Below are positions 1-8,389 of a DNA stretch of 64,000 bases, piece by piece. The stretch's first letter is position 1; each line of letters opens with the position of its first letter. The notes below the pieces were generated by a model. The model had not been told where the DNA came from. It saw only the letters and a program-made list of their open reading frames with translations, and did not search any database. Both the position numbers and the translations under genes were made by a program. Source of the DNA: an uncultured Candidatus Saccharibacteria bacterium (GTDB taxonomy: Bacteria > Patescibacteriota > Saccharimonadia > Saccharimonadales > JACDBH01); NCBI GenBank assembly GCA_964431415.1, contig CAYSJS010000003.1, positions 36,422 through 100,421 on the forward strand. The letters run 5' to 3'.

Positions 1-747
1 AAATATAATGAACTTCGAATAGTGGCTATACAGCGAGATGAACCAGAACCTTACATCGGCCACGCTTCCTCGCTTTAACAGCTGTTTGTCACTTAAAGAT
101 TGTCCTGAGGAAAGCAAAAGAGTACGCTCGATGGAGTGATCACCACCCGGTACATAGTTATAGTTAAATGTTTCTAGCTTTTTCTTTGTATAGACTTGTA
201 CGCCGTCCACGCTATAAATAACTTCTTCAACCCTATTTTTGGAAGGATCGCTCAAAAGTCCAATACGTAAGCTATCCGCCGATGTCGATACCTTGCGGGG
301 GGCAAGGGTGAGTTTTTGCCCAAAGTACGAATATTCGCAGCCGTTCAATATATCACATGGCGGAGTTGTAGAAGCAAAAATAAGCTGGGGCGTACTAGCG
401 CCACTTGCTGTAGCATTTTCGTTTAACGTCATTATCAGCACGCCTGAGCTACCGGCTAAAGAAGTTGGGAAACTTCCTACCTTTTGCCAGTCTCGCGTTA
501 TATCGAAAGATGTTAATTTGGTGCAGTTATTAAGATTCGTTTCAGATTGAAAATATAATGATGCCCCACCTACCTGGTCATCCAAGTTGGCGCGAACATA
601 CATATCCAGGTTCTCAGACTGAAGCTTGGTAAGTGCACTAACCTGATTTCCGCCCACTTCACTACAATTGAGAGCAGAAATTTGGTCTGATGAACAGAAA
701 AGAAGTAAAGTACCGAATATAGCAACGAACAGTATTAAGCGCTTCAT
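1..747 (-). CDS. Secreted/membrane hypothetical protein, 3' end outside window
   Basis: Read by hand, absent from ORF track. ATG at 747, MKRLILFVAIFGTLLLFCSSDQISA signal-like N-terminus, open frame to position 1. Confidence 0.7.
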   Translation of the reverse strand, partial: MKRLILFVAIFGTLLLFCSSDQISALNCSEVGGNQVSALTKLQSENLDMYVRANLDDQVGGASLYFQSETNLNNCTKLTSFDITRDWQKVGSFPTSLAGSSGVLIMTLNENATASGASTPQLIFASTTPPCDILNGCEYSYFGQKLTLAPRKVSTSADSLRIGLLSDPSKNRVEEVIYSVDGVQVYTKKKLETFNYNYVPGGDHSIERTLLLSSGQSLSDKQLLKRGSVADVRFWFISLYSHYSKFIIF

Positions 748-785
748 GCTTATGCAATGATACCATGAAAGCCACCTGCGCTGCG

Positions 786-2060
786 CTAGTACTCTATTTC
801 GCCGTAGTTACCGATACGGATTTTTTGCCCGGGTATGATTTCTTGACGCTCCAGCTCCCTAAGAATACCCATCTTCTTTAGGATGTCTTTTAGGCGTCGT
901 TCACCCTCTTCGTCACCAAAGTTTGTGCGGGCCGCAAACTTTTCTATGCGATGTCCGGTTACGACAAAGAAACCATCGTGCTTTTCAACATGAAAGCTCT
1001 TTTCGCTTGCCGGCAATCTATACACGGGCACCTGCGGTTCGGCAGCCTTAGCTTCTGACTCTTCTACGCGAGCTTTATCCACGAGCGATTTCACTTCATA
1101 GAGCAGCTCCTTTACGCCCTGTTTGCTCTGTGCTGAAATGGCCATAAGCGCAGTTTCTGCCGGTACGAGCGACTGCAGATCACTCAAACGGTCTTTAACA
1201 ATTTCATCATCTAAACCTTCAATTTTTGTCAGCACGACGACCTGAGGCTTTTGAGTCAGGTCTGTTTTATAATCGCGCAGCTCATTCTGAATAGTGGTAT
1301 AGGCGACCGCAATATCGTCCTGGTACGCATCTATAAGGTGTATGAGCACTTTTGTGCGCTCAACATGACGTAAGAACTCATCACCCAGTCCCTTGCCTTG
1401 ACTGGCGCCTTCGATTAACCCGGGAATATCGGCAAATAAAAGCGAGCTACTGGCATCTACGTCTACTACTCCGAGGTTTGGCGTCAAAGTAGTAAAAGGA
1501 TAATTGGCAATTTCTGGTTTGGCGTTGCTGATAACACTGAGAAGCGTTGACTTGCCGGCATTCGGTAAGCCTACTAAGCCCACATCGGCAATCATACGAA
1601 GTTCAAACACTGCCTGGAGTTTTTCGCCCTTTTCACCCCGCTCTGCTACCTTGGGCGCTTGTCGCACCGAGCTGACAAAGTGCGCATTACCAAAACCGCC
1701 CTTCCCGCCAGCGGCTACCTCAAACTCCTGGCCGTCGGCCTGAAGGTCGGCAAGCTCTATTCCATCTTCAGTTAAGACAACAGTTCCTACCGGTACGGGC
1801 ACGAGCAGGTCAGTGCCGCTTTTGCCGTGCATCTTCTGTTTAAATCCTGGCTCGCCGTCCGACGCTTTGAGAGTTTTTTGAAAGCGGAACTTAGCCAACG
1901 TGTTTTGATTACGCGATGCCACCAGCACTACGCTGCCACCATTGCCGCCGTCGCCACCATCCGGGCCGCCACGGTCAACAAACTTCTCTTGACGAAAACT
2001 AGAATAACCGTCGCCACCGTTGCCTGCTTCTATTCCGACTTGAACTCTATCTACAAACAT
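786..2060 (-). CDS. obgE: GTPase ObgE/CgtA
   Basis: MFVDRV..GGDGGNGG glycine-rich Obg domain, GLPNAGKS, YPFTTL, DIPGLIEGA motifs. Confidence 0.98.
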   Translation of the reverse strand: MFVDRVQVGIEAGNGGDGYSSFRQEKFVDRGGPDGGDGGNGGSVVLVASRNQNTLAKFRFQKTLKASDGEPGFKQKMHGKSGTDLLVPVPVGTVVLTEDGIELADLQADGQEFEVAAGGKGGFGNAHFVSSVRQAPKVAERGEKGEKLQAVFELRMIADVGLVGLPNAGKSTLLSVISNAKPEIANYPFTTLTPNLGVVDVDASSSLLFADIPGLIEGASQGKGLGDEFLRHVERTKVLIHLIDAYQDDIAVAYTTIQNELRDYKTDLTQKPQVVVLTKIEGLDDEIVKDRLSDLQSLVPAETALMAISAQSKQGVKELLYEVKSLVDKARVEESEAKAAEPQVPVYRLPASEKSFHVEKHDGFFVVTGHRIEKFAARTNFGDEEGERRLKDILKKMGILRELERQEIIPGQKIRIGNYGEIEY

Positions 2061-2139
2061 ATAGAATCATTATACCTGATTGTTGTCAAAAATACGAATA
2101 GGTCCCTAGGCCCAGTTTGGCTTGCGTTTGCATGAGCCA

Positions 2140-3258
2140 CTAGTAAATGAATTTTAGGCTGCCAACTGAAGGAACCAACCGCCAGTCAATCCTACCCCAG
2201 CCGCCGGTCGGCCGTGGGTCATCAATACTAACCTGACCGCTTGCGTTCATTTCGGATATCCAAAAACTACCGTCCTCGTTCACTACTTCGACGACCGAAA
2301 CGTGGTTACCACCCTGGTTTACCGCAACTGCACCGGGTTGCGGCACGCTGCCGACAGGCAAACCTGAGCGCTGCGCGACCACATACCAGCTATATGCATT
2401 GCCCAAGTTGTTTGGTACTGGCCGGCCGAGCTCTGCTCGACGGTTTGACACGTACCATGTACACCAGCCGTAGTCATACCCATTGCCGCCGTAAATAGCT
2501 GTCGTGCCAAACGAATAACCGACATAATAGGACGGAGCCGCTGGCGCCGCAATGCTACCGCCAGGAATCACAATTCTGTCGCCCACCTTAAGACCAGTCA
2601 CCTCGGCATCGTTAAACGCAATAATCTGCTCTTTGCTTGCACTATACTTTGTCGCTAGGCTTTCTGCCGTATCACCGCTTTTAACCGTGTATGCAATACC
2701 ATCAATGGGCGGGATGATAAGTTTTGTACCCACACGTAAAATACCGGTCGTTAAACCATTTGACCACTTGATACTGTCACTCGTGACTCCAAAACGGCTT
2801 GCCAAATCCCCGAGGCTCTCGCCAGCAGCTACCGTGTATTCTTTAATATCTGCCTTTGTCTTAATAACAGAACTGAGAATCTGCGGCTTAGGAACAACGG
2901 CAAAGTCTGCTACTTGTGACGTCAAATCCGCCGCAACCGAATCAGCTTGATTTGCGACCGATGTCGCTTCGGCAAGATTAGTCAGCCGCGCCGCATTTAC
3001 GGCTATGTCTGCTGCAGAAAGCGCATCCAATGGGTTGGCAGCCTGAGTGTCGGAGATCGGAGACGCACTATATTGCGCCGCCTTATTGTTTGGATTGTGC
3101 AAGACAAAAGCTACCGCAACGGCAACAACTGCGAGATTACCGGCCAACAGACCATAGCGAACAAGGCGCTTTTTGGTGCGCTTATTCTTTACGGACCGCG
3201 TAAGTTTCGTTCTCATTGATATGGCTGAATCGGACAAATCTGAAGGTAATTCGGCCAA
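2140..3258 (-). CDS. Membrane-anchored LysM x2 + CHAP peptidoglycan hydrolase (start possibly ATT at 3276)
   Basis: N-terminal TM, two LysM repeats (YTVAAGESL, YTVKSGDT), CHAP motifs GWCTWYV, GNA..W, HVSVVE, ISEMN. Confidence 0.9.
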   Translation of the reverse strand: MAELPSDLSDSAISMRTKLTRSVKNKRTKKRLVRYGLLAGNLAVVAVAVAFVLHNPNNKAAQYSASPISDTQAANPLDALSAADIAVNAARLTNLAEATSVANQADSVAADLTSQVADFAVVPKPQILSSVIKTKADIKEYTVAAGESLGDLASRFGVTSDSIKWSNGLTTGILRVGTKLIIPPIDGIAYTVKSGDTAESLATKYSASKEQIIAFNDAEVTGLKVGDRIVIPGGSIAAPAAPSYYVGYSFGTTAIYGGNGYDYGWCTWYVSNRRAELGRPVPNNLGNAYSWYVVAQRSGLPVGSVPQPGAVAVNQGGNHVSVVEVVNEDGSFWISEMNASGQVSIDDPRPTGGWGRIDWRLVPSVGSLKFIY

Positions 3259-3396
3259 ACGGGTTAGACTACGAATAGTATGTTCCTCGTTTTAATTATA
3301 TCGGCGGTTCGGTGATGAAAGTGCGCAGTAAATGCTCCTAAAATCTTGAACCGTATTAGAAATTGTACCAATACTACTTCGTCGGGTCAAGCTAGC

Positions 3397-3418
3397 TAAC
3401 AGGGGTAGACCCCTGTTA
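3397..3418. terminator. Hairpin downstream of mltG
   Basis: TAACAGGGG-taga-CCCCTGTTA perfect 9-bp stem 10 nt after the mltG stop; no clear U-tract on the - strand. Confidence 0.45.
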
Positions 3419-3427
3419 TGGACTTTT

Positions 3428-4501
3428 TTACTGAGGGCTACAACTACTGCAGTGCGCCCGAACCGCAGCTTGATGCTCGGCAATGGTACGCGTGAAATAT
3501 GTTTTGCCGTAGTCATCACCGTCTCCGGCGACAAAATACAAATAGTCGGTGTTGGACGGATACGCTACCGCCTGCAGACCGCTTTTAGTTACATTAGAAA
3601 TTGGACCGGCGGGCAATCCGTCGTGCAAGAAAGTGTTGTAGGGTGAGTCAAAACTCGTGTCAACATACTTCGTGTCTTCACCCGCAACTGCTTGGCCGTA
3701 CAGAACTGTCACGTCAGATTGCAGCCGCATTCCTTTTTTCATCCGCAAGAAGAATACCTGGGCGGCGGTGGTGCGGTCTTCTTGGCTCGCCACTTCACGT
3801 TCCACGATCGAAGCCAAGGTGATCGCTTGATGCGTAGTGAGATTCTTGGCAGCATACGCACTCCGCAGCTCGGTAGTCAGATACTCGCCCATTTCTGCGA
3901 GCGACGCACGGATAATCGTTTCTGGCAGAGTGTCGGCTGTTTTCTGGAAAGAATCAGGGTATAGATAACCTTCTAGCGTTGCATTTGCCGGTTTATCTAC
4001 CAGTGCCGGACTACCGGCGTACAACTTTGGATCAAGCGCTCTATCTACGTCTGCAGCAGCAAAACCCTCATCAATAAATGCTTGGCGTATCTGGTCGAGT
4101 CTTTGGCCAGGCAAAATAGTAAACAAATCAACGGCCACTTCTCCCCCACTCAGCTTTTCGACAATGCTGGCCACATCTTGCGACGTACTGAGCCGGTACG
4201 TACCGGCTTGAAGCTTGTCGGTCAGTAACTTTCCGCGCACATACTGCTTAAACGCCCAGTCGGCCCGTATCACGCCTGCCTGCTTAAGAATAGTTGCTAT
4301 TTCATCAAGCGAAGAACCGCTCGGAATCGCGACTACTACTTCTTTCCCGTCACCTTCTTGAACGGCTCGTAAGTTTTGGGTATAGATCCGGCGCACCGTC
4401 ACTAACGCGCCTCCTCCCGCCACCAGTAAAACTGCCGCCGTAATGAGCAGCATTTTCTTCCAACGAAAAGCTTTATTTTTTCGGAGCGAATACCTCTTCA
4501 T
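3428..4501 (-). CDS. mltG: Endolytic transglycosylase MltG
   Basis: N-terminal TM, LQAGTY, LEGYLYPD, LASIVERE, LQSDVT, SPYNT..GLPAGPISN, YLYFV. Confidence 0.95.
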   Translation of the reverse strand: MKRYSLRKNKAFRWKKMLLITAAVLLVAGGGALVTVRRIYTQNLRAVQEGDGKEVVVAIPSGSSLDEIATILKQAGVIRADWAFKQYVRGKLLTDKLQAGTYRLSTSQDVASIVEKLSGGEVAVDLFTILPGQRLDQIRQAFIDEGFAAADVDRALDPKLYAGSPALVDKPANATLEGYLYPDSFQKTADTLPETIIRASLAEMGEYLTTELRSAYAAKNLTTHQAITLASIVEREVASQEDRTTAAQVFFLRMKKGMRLQSDVTVLYGQAVAGEDTKYVDTSFDSPYNTFLHDGLPAGPISNVTKSGLQAVAYPSNTDYLYFVAGDGDDYGKTYFTRTIAEHQAAVRAHCSSCSPQ

Positions 4502-4926
4502 ACCGCCTCCTCAGGTGGAAGGTTAAGCCAGTCGCGCAGTATAAATGTCGCGGCTAAGCTGTCAACGTCACCTTTTTCATATGGCCTATTTTTTGCATCA
4601 AGCTCAGCTTTTGCCTGTAGTGAGGTCCCGGCTTCATCCTGAAGATGTATTGGTATTGATACGACTTTGCTGAGTTCGTCCGCAAACTGCCGGGTCGCCA
4701 AAGTTTGTGCCGTCTCTCGACCTTCAATATCACGCGGCAGCCCCACTACCAAAGCAGTTGCACCCTGCGTTTCTATGAGCTGTTTAATTACTTCAAAAAT
4801 ATCGCCGACTTTCGTACGGTCAATCGTCAGCAATGGGCTTGGCAAACGAGCCTCAAGACTTGCTACTGCAACACCAATTCGGCGGTCGCCCACGTCAAGT
4901 GCTACTACAATGTGTCCGTCCGTCAT
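4498..4926 (-). CDS. ruvX: Holliday junction resolvase-like / pre-16S rRNA nuclease RuvX (YqgF)
   Basis: ALDVGDRRIGVA, VVGLP, DEAGTS, DSLAATFIL. Confidence 0.93.
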   Translation of the reverse strand: MTDGHIVVALDVGDRRIGVAVASLEARLPSPLLTIDRTKVGDIFEVIKQLIETQGATALVVGLPRDIEGRETAQTLATRQFADELSKVVSIPIHLQDEAGTSLQAKAELDAKNRPYEKGDVDSLAATFILRDWLNLPPEEAV

Positions 4927-6674
4927 TTTTCTTCCGTCGGATTTACTGCCGGCTTCTCAATGGTGACGGTAATTTTTTCGGTCGACTTTGGAGTGGCATA
5001 TACCCAGAATGGGCTGTAGGTTACCGTCACTTCCTTGACACCTGTTTTGTTCTTTATGGTCTTTTCGGTGTCACCACGCTTTTTACCCTTTATTTCGTCC
5101 TTAATGGCGTTGGCATCAAGCTGCGGCCCAGCCACTACTAGCGTCTGGATGGAAAGCTGGACTTCCTGAGGACTCTTTACGGCTGTCTGCCGAATCACCG
5201 CTTGGTCAAGTCCGTCATCCAGAATGCTCTGGGTCTTGGTGTCTATCTTTGAAGCGATATTCTTTTTAATGAGTTGTCCAAGATAGTCCGATTTTACACC
5301 CAAGATAGTATATGTAGTGACCGATGTAACAGTTACTTCGCCGGTTGCTTCTTCGTTTAAAGCTGGTGCGGCAGTTATCGCGGGCGAACCTATGACTACC
5401 GTTTCGAGCAGACCTTTATAGCCATCTGCCTTGAGCTGTGAAACAAGATTGGACCTAGCCTCGGCGTCCAGTCTGCCCTTCATTTTTGCCGCCGCCGTAT
5501 CAATATCCTCTTGGCTTACTACCGTCACAATTTTGCTCGTGCCGCCGGACATTGCCGAGCCATTTAGCCTGAAGTTGCCAGAAAGCGCAGTGCTTTGAGT
5601 AGTATACGTTGCGGCCGCAACATTATAACTGTCTCCGTTTTCAGCTGCTGTCACCGGTACGTTTACCGTGCCGGACGTACAGTTAGAGCCACCGCCGGAG
5701 AATGTTCCCGCTGGCACGCTTGCTACTTCTGTGCTGACAAAGTTCTTGCCGCTCGCCGTGAATACGGTGCCTGCCGCTACGCTCCGACTCGACGAATCTT
5801 CACAGTTTTTGATGGTGATAGTTCCGCTGGCTTTTGTGCCGTTGTCTTTTTTGCCGCTTGCCGTCGTTTTTTCTGTATCGGTCTTCTTTATTTCTTTCAG
5901 CTGCGCGGGCACAACTGCCTTCTCTAAATCAAGATCCTTAGCTACGGTACTTGCCGTAAAAGCAAAGTTGGAAACATTCGTTGACGTGTCGGTAACAATG
6001 GTGATGTTTGCCTTAGGCAATACAATGGCCGCAAAAATCCAGCCACCTACCAGCAGGATAACTGCCAAAATAGCCAGGAAAAAACTCAGACGGAATCTGT
6101 CGAAGTTCGGAACCTTAAATACCTTTTTTAGTTTCGATTTTGGTTTATTTAATCCCGGGCTAACCGCTTCGTCGGCTTCGTCATCGAGCTCTATAGTTTC
6201 GGTGTCGTCATCCGGCAAGCCCTTGGAACCACCGGCCAGCTCGCCCACACTTTTTGTCCGGTCAATCTCCGGTTCTTCGGCTGTATCCTCAACGATCTCT
6301 GCGTTCTCACTATCGCCGCGTTCTGGTGCACGCGGCACCATCGGCTTACTCTGCAAGGTTGCCGCAACATGTAAACCAACCGCACCGGCAAGCGGCATCA
6401 AACCGGCTTCAGAGGTGATCAAAACAAGGCTTTTTTTTGCACTTTGCGCCGACTTTTTTAAAAGCTTCATATTGACAATGCTTTGCAGTACGGTCGCTCG
6501 TTTAGGGAGCACAAGTGCAACTATTTTTTCCGATGATGATTTAACCTTGTCAATAATAGTAGTGATTTCGTCATCGATATCTATATAGATTGTCTGTTTG
6601 CCTGAGCCGCTCATGCTGTGTTCCCTCTGAGGTTTTTCTGCTTTTGGTCGCATAAAAGCATAGTTACACAACAA
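4923..6674 (-). CDS. Bitopic membrane protein with baseplate J/gp47-like extracellular domain (likely start 6614)
   Basis: Cytoplasmic N-domain IYIDIDDEIT, acidic linker, one TM, then KASGTITI..VAAGTVF..VPVTAAENGDSYNV..MSGG pattern reminiscent of baseplate J. Confidence 0.7.
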   Translation of the reverse strand: MLCNYAFMRPKAEKPQREHSMSGSGKQTIYIDIDDEITTIIDKVKSSSEKIVALVLPKRATVLQSIVNMKLLKKSAQSAKKSLVLITSEAGLMPLAGAVGLHVAATLQSKPMVPRAPERGDSENAEIVEDTAEEPEIDRTKSVGELAGGSKGLPDDDTETIELDDEADEAVSPGLNKPKSKLKKVFKVPNFDRFRLSFFLAILAVILLVGGWIFAAIVLPKANITIVTDTSTNVSNFAFTASTVAKDLDLEKAVVPAQLKEIKKTDTEKTTASGKKDNGTKASGTITIKNCEDSSSRSVAAGTVFTASGKNFVSTEVASVPAGTFSGGGSNCTSGTVNVPVTAAENGDSYNVAAATYTTQSTALSGNFRLNGSAMSGGTSKIVTVVSQEDIDTAAAKMKGRLDAEARSNLVSQLKADGYKGLLETVVIGSPAITAAPALNEEATGEVTVTSVTTYTILGVKSDYLGQLIKKNIASKIDTKTQSILDDGLDQAVIRQTAVKSPQEVQLSIQTLVVAGPQLDANAIKDEIKGKKRGDTEKTIKNKTGVKEVTVTYSPFWVYATPKSTEKITVTIEKPAVNPTEEK

Positions 6675-6732
6675 GTATACCCGTTCGGAGCTGATTTCAC
6701 GAACAACTTATGCTGTTTTGTGAGCATGCCTG

Positions 6733-8022
6733 TCATACGCTTAGCAATCTGTTTATTCTTTCTTTTATAGAACCTGCGGGCGCGCCCGGTTTCTGCTGGT
6801 TTATAGTATCGAGACCCACACGAAGCAGTCCCATAGCCGTAATATATGTATGGTCATTAACCGCACCCGTTTTGTCGACTATCCCCACCACTTCGTCAGG
6901 CGCAATATGCTGCACGTCTGGCTTGCGGGTAAACGGCAAAGACTTATACCAGTTCGTGTTTGAAAGCTCGTCCATCAGCATGTCAAGTGACGAACCGCCG
7001 CCACAAAGCAGTATTTTATGGGGCAAATGGTCAAGATTAGAAAATTCCGCCAATCCCAGTTCTACGCCACTGAGCCACACATCAAGCGTTTTACGAAGGC
7101 TATCTTCCAGCTGCGCCTTTTTGTGTTCTGGTATTTTATGGCTGCCAACCGCCAGTTTTAGAACCTCGGCTTTATCAAAATCCACCGCAAGGTCACGTTC
7201 AATCGCACGGGTATACGCCCGCCCGCCAATGCCAAACATTTTCGTACCTTCGACGCCGCCTTCATTCACTACCGCGATGTCTGTTGTGCCGCCGCCGACA
7301 TCCATAAGTATGGCGCTCATAGAGGCATTTGGGTTATTGCCTATCACGCTCCTAGCTACGGCAAAGGGTTCTGCCGCCACCGCTAGAAGGTCAAGGTCAA
7401 GTTCGTGCGCCGTTCGCTCCAGCGCACCTATATGAATAAGCGGCGCAAAGGCTGTATACAGCTGTACCAGCACGTCCCGTCCCTGAAACCCGACTGGATT
7501 AGAGACGTTATAACCATCTATGGTTATGCCAACCAATGCACTGTTCACCAGTCTAATATCGACGTCTTTTCCGCCCAGCTCCCAAGCCAGCTGCTGCTTG
7601 GCCTTGGCCTCTGCCCGCTCCTGAACCAAGCGAATAATGCGCTCCACTTCCGGCATATCGAGTACTTTAGCGGCATCTTTACGAGTAAATTTTACCGTGG
7701 TGGTTGTGCCTTTGACTAATTCGCCCGCAATTCCTATGACCGTGGAGCGGACGCTTACGCCGGCCATCTTTTCAGCGATACTCAACGCTTCATCACAGTT
7801 CTTAACAACGCCAGCAATATCGGCGATCGCTCCGGCCTGCATATCGGCCAGTTCTTGATGAGCGCGCCCAACGCCAACAATCTCAACACTATCACCCTTG
7901 ATCCGACCGATAAGCGCCTTGACGTTTTCTGTACCGATGTCCAGAGCAACAACATGTTCGGGCAAATTTTTACCCGCCTTTTTTGCAGCGCGCAAACCTT
8001 TGAATGTGTTAAGCATATACAC
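6733..8022 (-). CDS. ftsA: FtsA-like actin-family ATPase
   Basis: ALDIGTENVKA, DVGGGTTDIA, GIGG, LCGGGS, C-terminal amphipathic SIKERINRLL. No ftsZ in the window, so it may be a paralog. Confidence 0.75.
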   Translation of the reverse strand: MYMLNTFKGLRAAKKAGKNLPEHVVALDIGTENVKALIGRIKGDSVEIVGVGRAHQELADMQAGAIADIAGVVKNCDEALSIAEKMAGVSVRSTVIGIAGELVKGTTTTVKFTRKDAAKVLDMPEVERIIRLVQERAEAKAKQQLAWELGGKDVDIRLVNSALVGITIDGYNVSNPVGFQGRDVLVQLYTAFAPLIHIGALERTAHELDLDLLAVAAEPFAVARSVIGNNPNASMSAILMDVGGGTTDIAVVNEGGVEGTKMFGIGGRAYTRAIERDLAVDFDKAEVLKLAVGSHKIPEHKKAQLEDSLRKTLDVWLSGVELGLAEFSNLDHLPHKILLCGGGSSLDMLMDELSNTNWYKSLPFTRKPDVQHIAPDEVVGIVDKTGAVNDHTYITAMGLLRVGLDTINQQKPGAPAGSIKERINRLLSV

Positions 8023-8076
8023 TTTATTGTACCATGACTTCAGTCAGATATCCCACCTGTGTGGCTAGGGACAACT

Positions 8077-8352
8077 CTAGCGCCGGCATTGACGTATCAT
8101 AAAGTCAGCCCTCCCCCGGGCAACTTCCGAAAAATCACCATCCTCACCTATAAGTACCCCGCCTCTAGCTTGACACTCTCGGCAGAGTAAAATAGCCGCA
8201 TCTACCGGCCCTTGCGATGTCCAAGTGTTACCTGCTGCCGCCGCGATGTTACAATCACCCTCTTGCATAACAAGCGGGGCTTCGTCGCCCGAGAGTAACT
8301 GATATATAACATGTTCCCGATCGGGTATGATTTCCATAACTTTACCCAGCAA
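8077..8352 (-). CDS. Small hypothetical protein (likely start 8337)
   Basis: ORF fills the gap between alaS and ftsA-like gene in the same orientation; CxxC motif. Confidence 0.45.
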   Translation of the reverse strand: MLGKVMEIIPDREHVIYQLLSGDEAPLVMQEGDCNIAAAAGNTWTSQGPVDAAILLCRECQARGGVLIGEDGDFSEVARGRADFMIRQCRR

Positions 8353-8369
8353 AAGAGAGGTTTAGCCGC

Positions 8370-8386
8370 GTGGGCTGCTCTCCCCT
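8370..8386. repeat. 17-bp dispersed repeat GTGGGCTGCTCTCCCCT (second copy inverted at 42264-42280)
   Basis: Exact match between the alaS 3' flank and the insertion upstream of tpiA. Confidence 0.75.
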
Positions 8387-8389
8387 GAC

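Noticed and set aside
4498-4501. Alternative genetic code (TGA=Gly as in Gracilibacteria/Absconditabacteria)
   Set aside because: TGA terminates genes in ATGA overlaps here and in the ATPase operon; conserved genes are intact under code 11
4923-6674. Prophage or contractile injection system from the baseplate J-like gene
   Set aside because: No other tail, sheath or capsid genes; the protein has a TM and is coupled to housekeeping genes
5668-7435. Long + strand ORFs (306 aa, 241 aa; similarly 36983-37774, 43995-44846, 34170-34778)
   Set aside because: Antisense shadows of well-supported - strand genes, with no motifs or RBS
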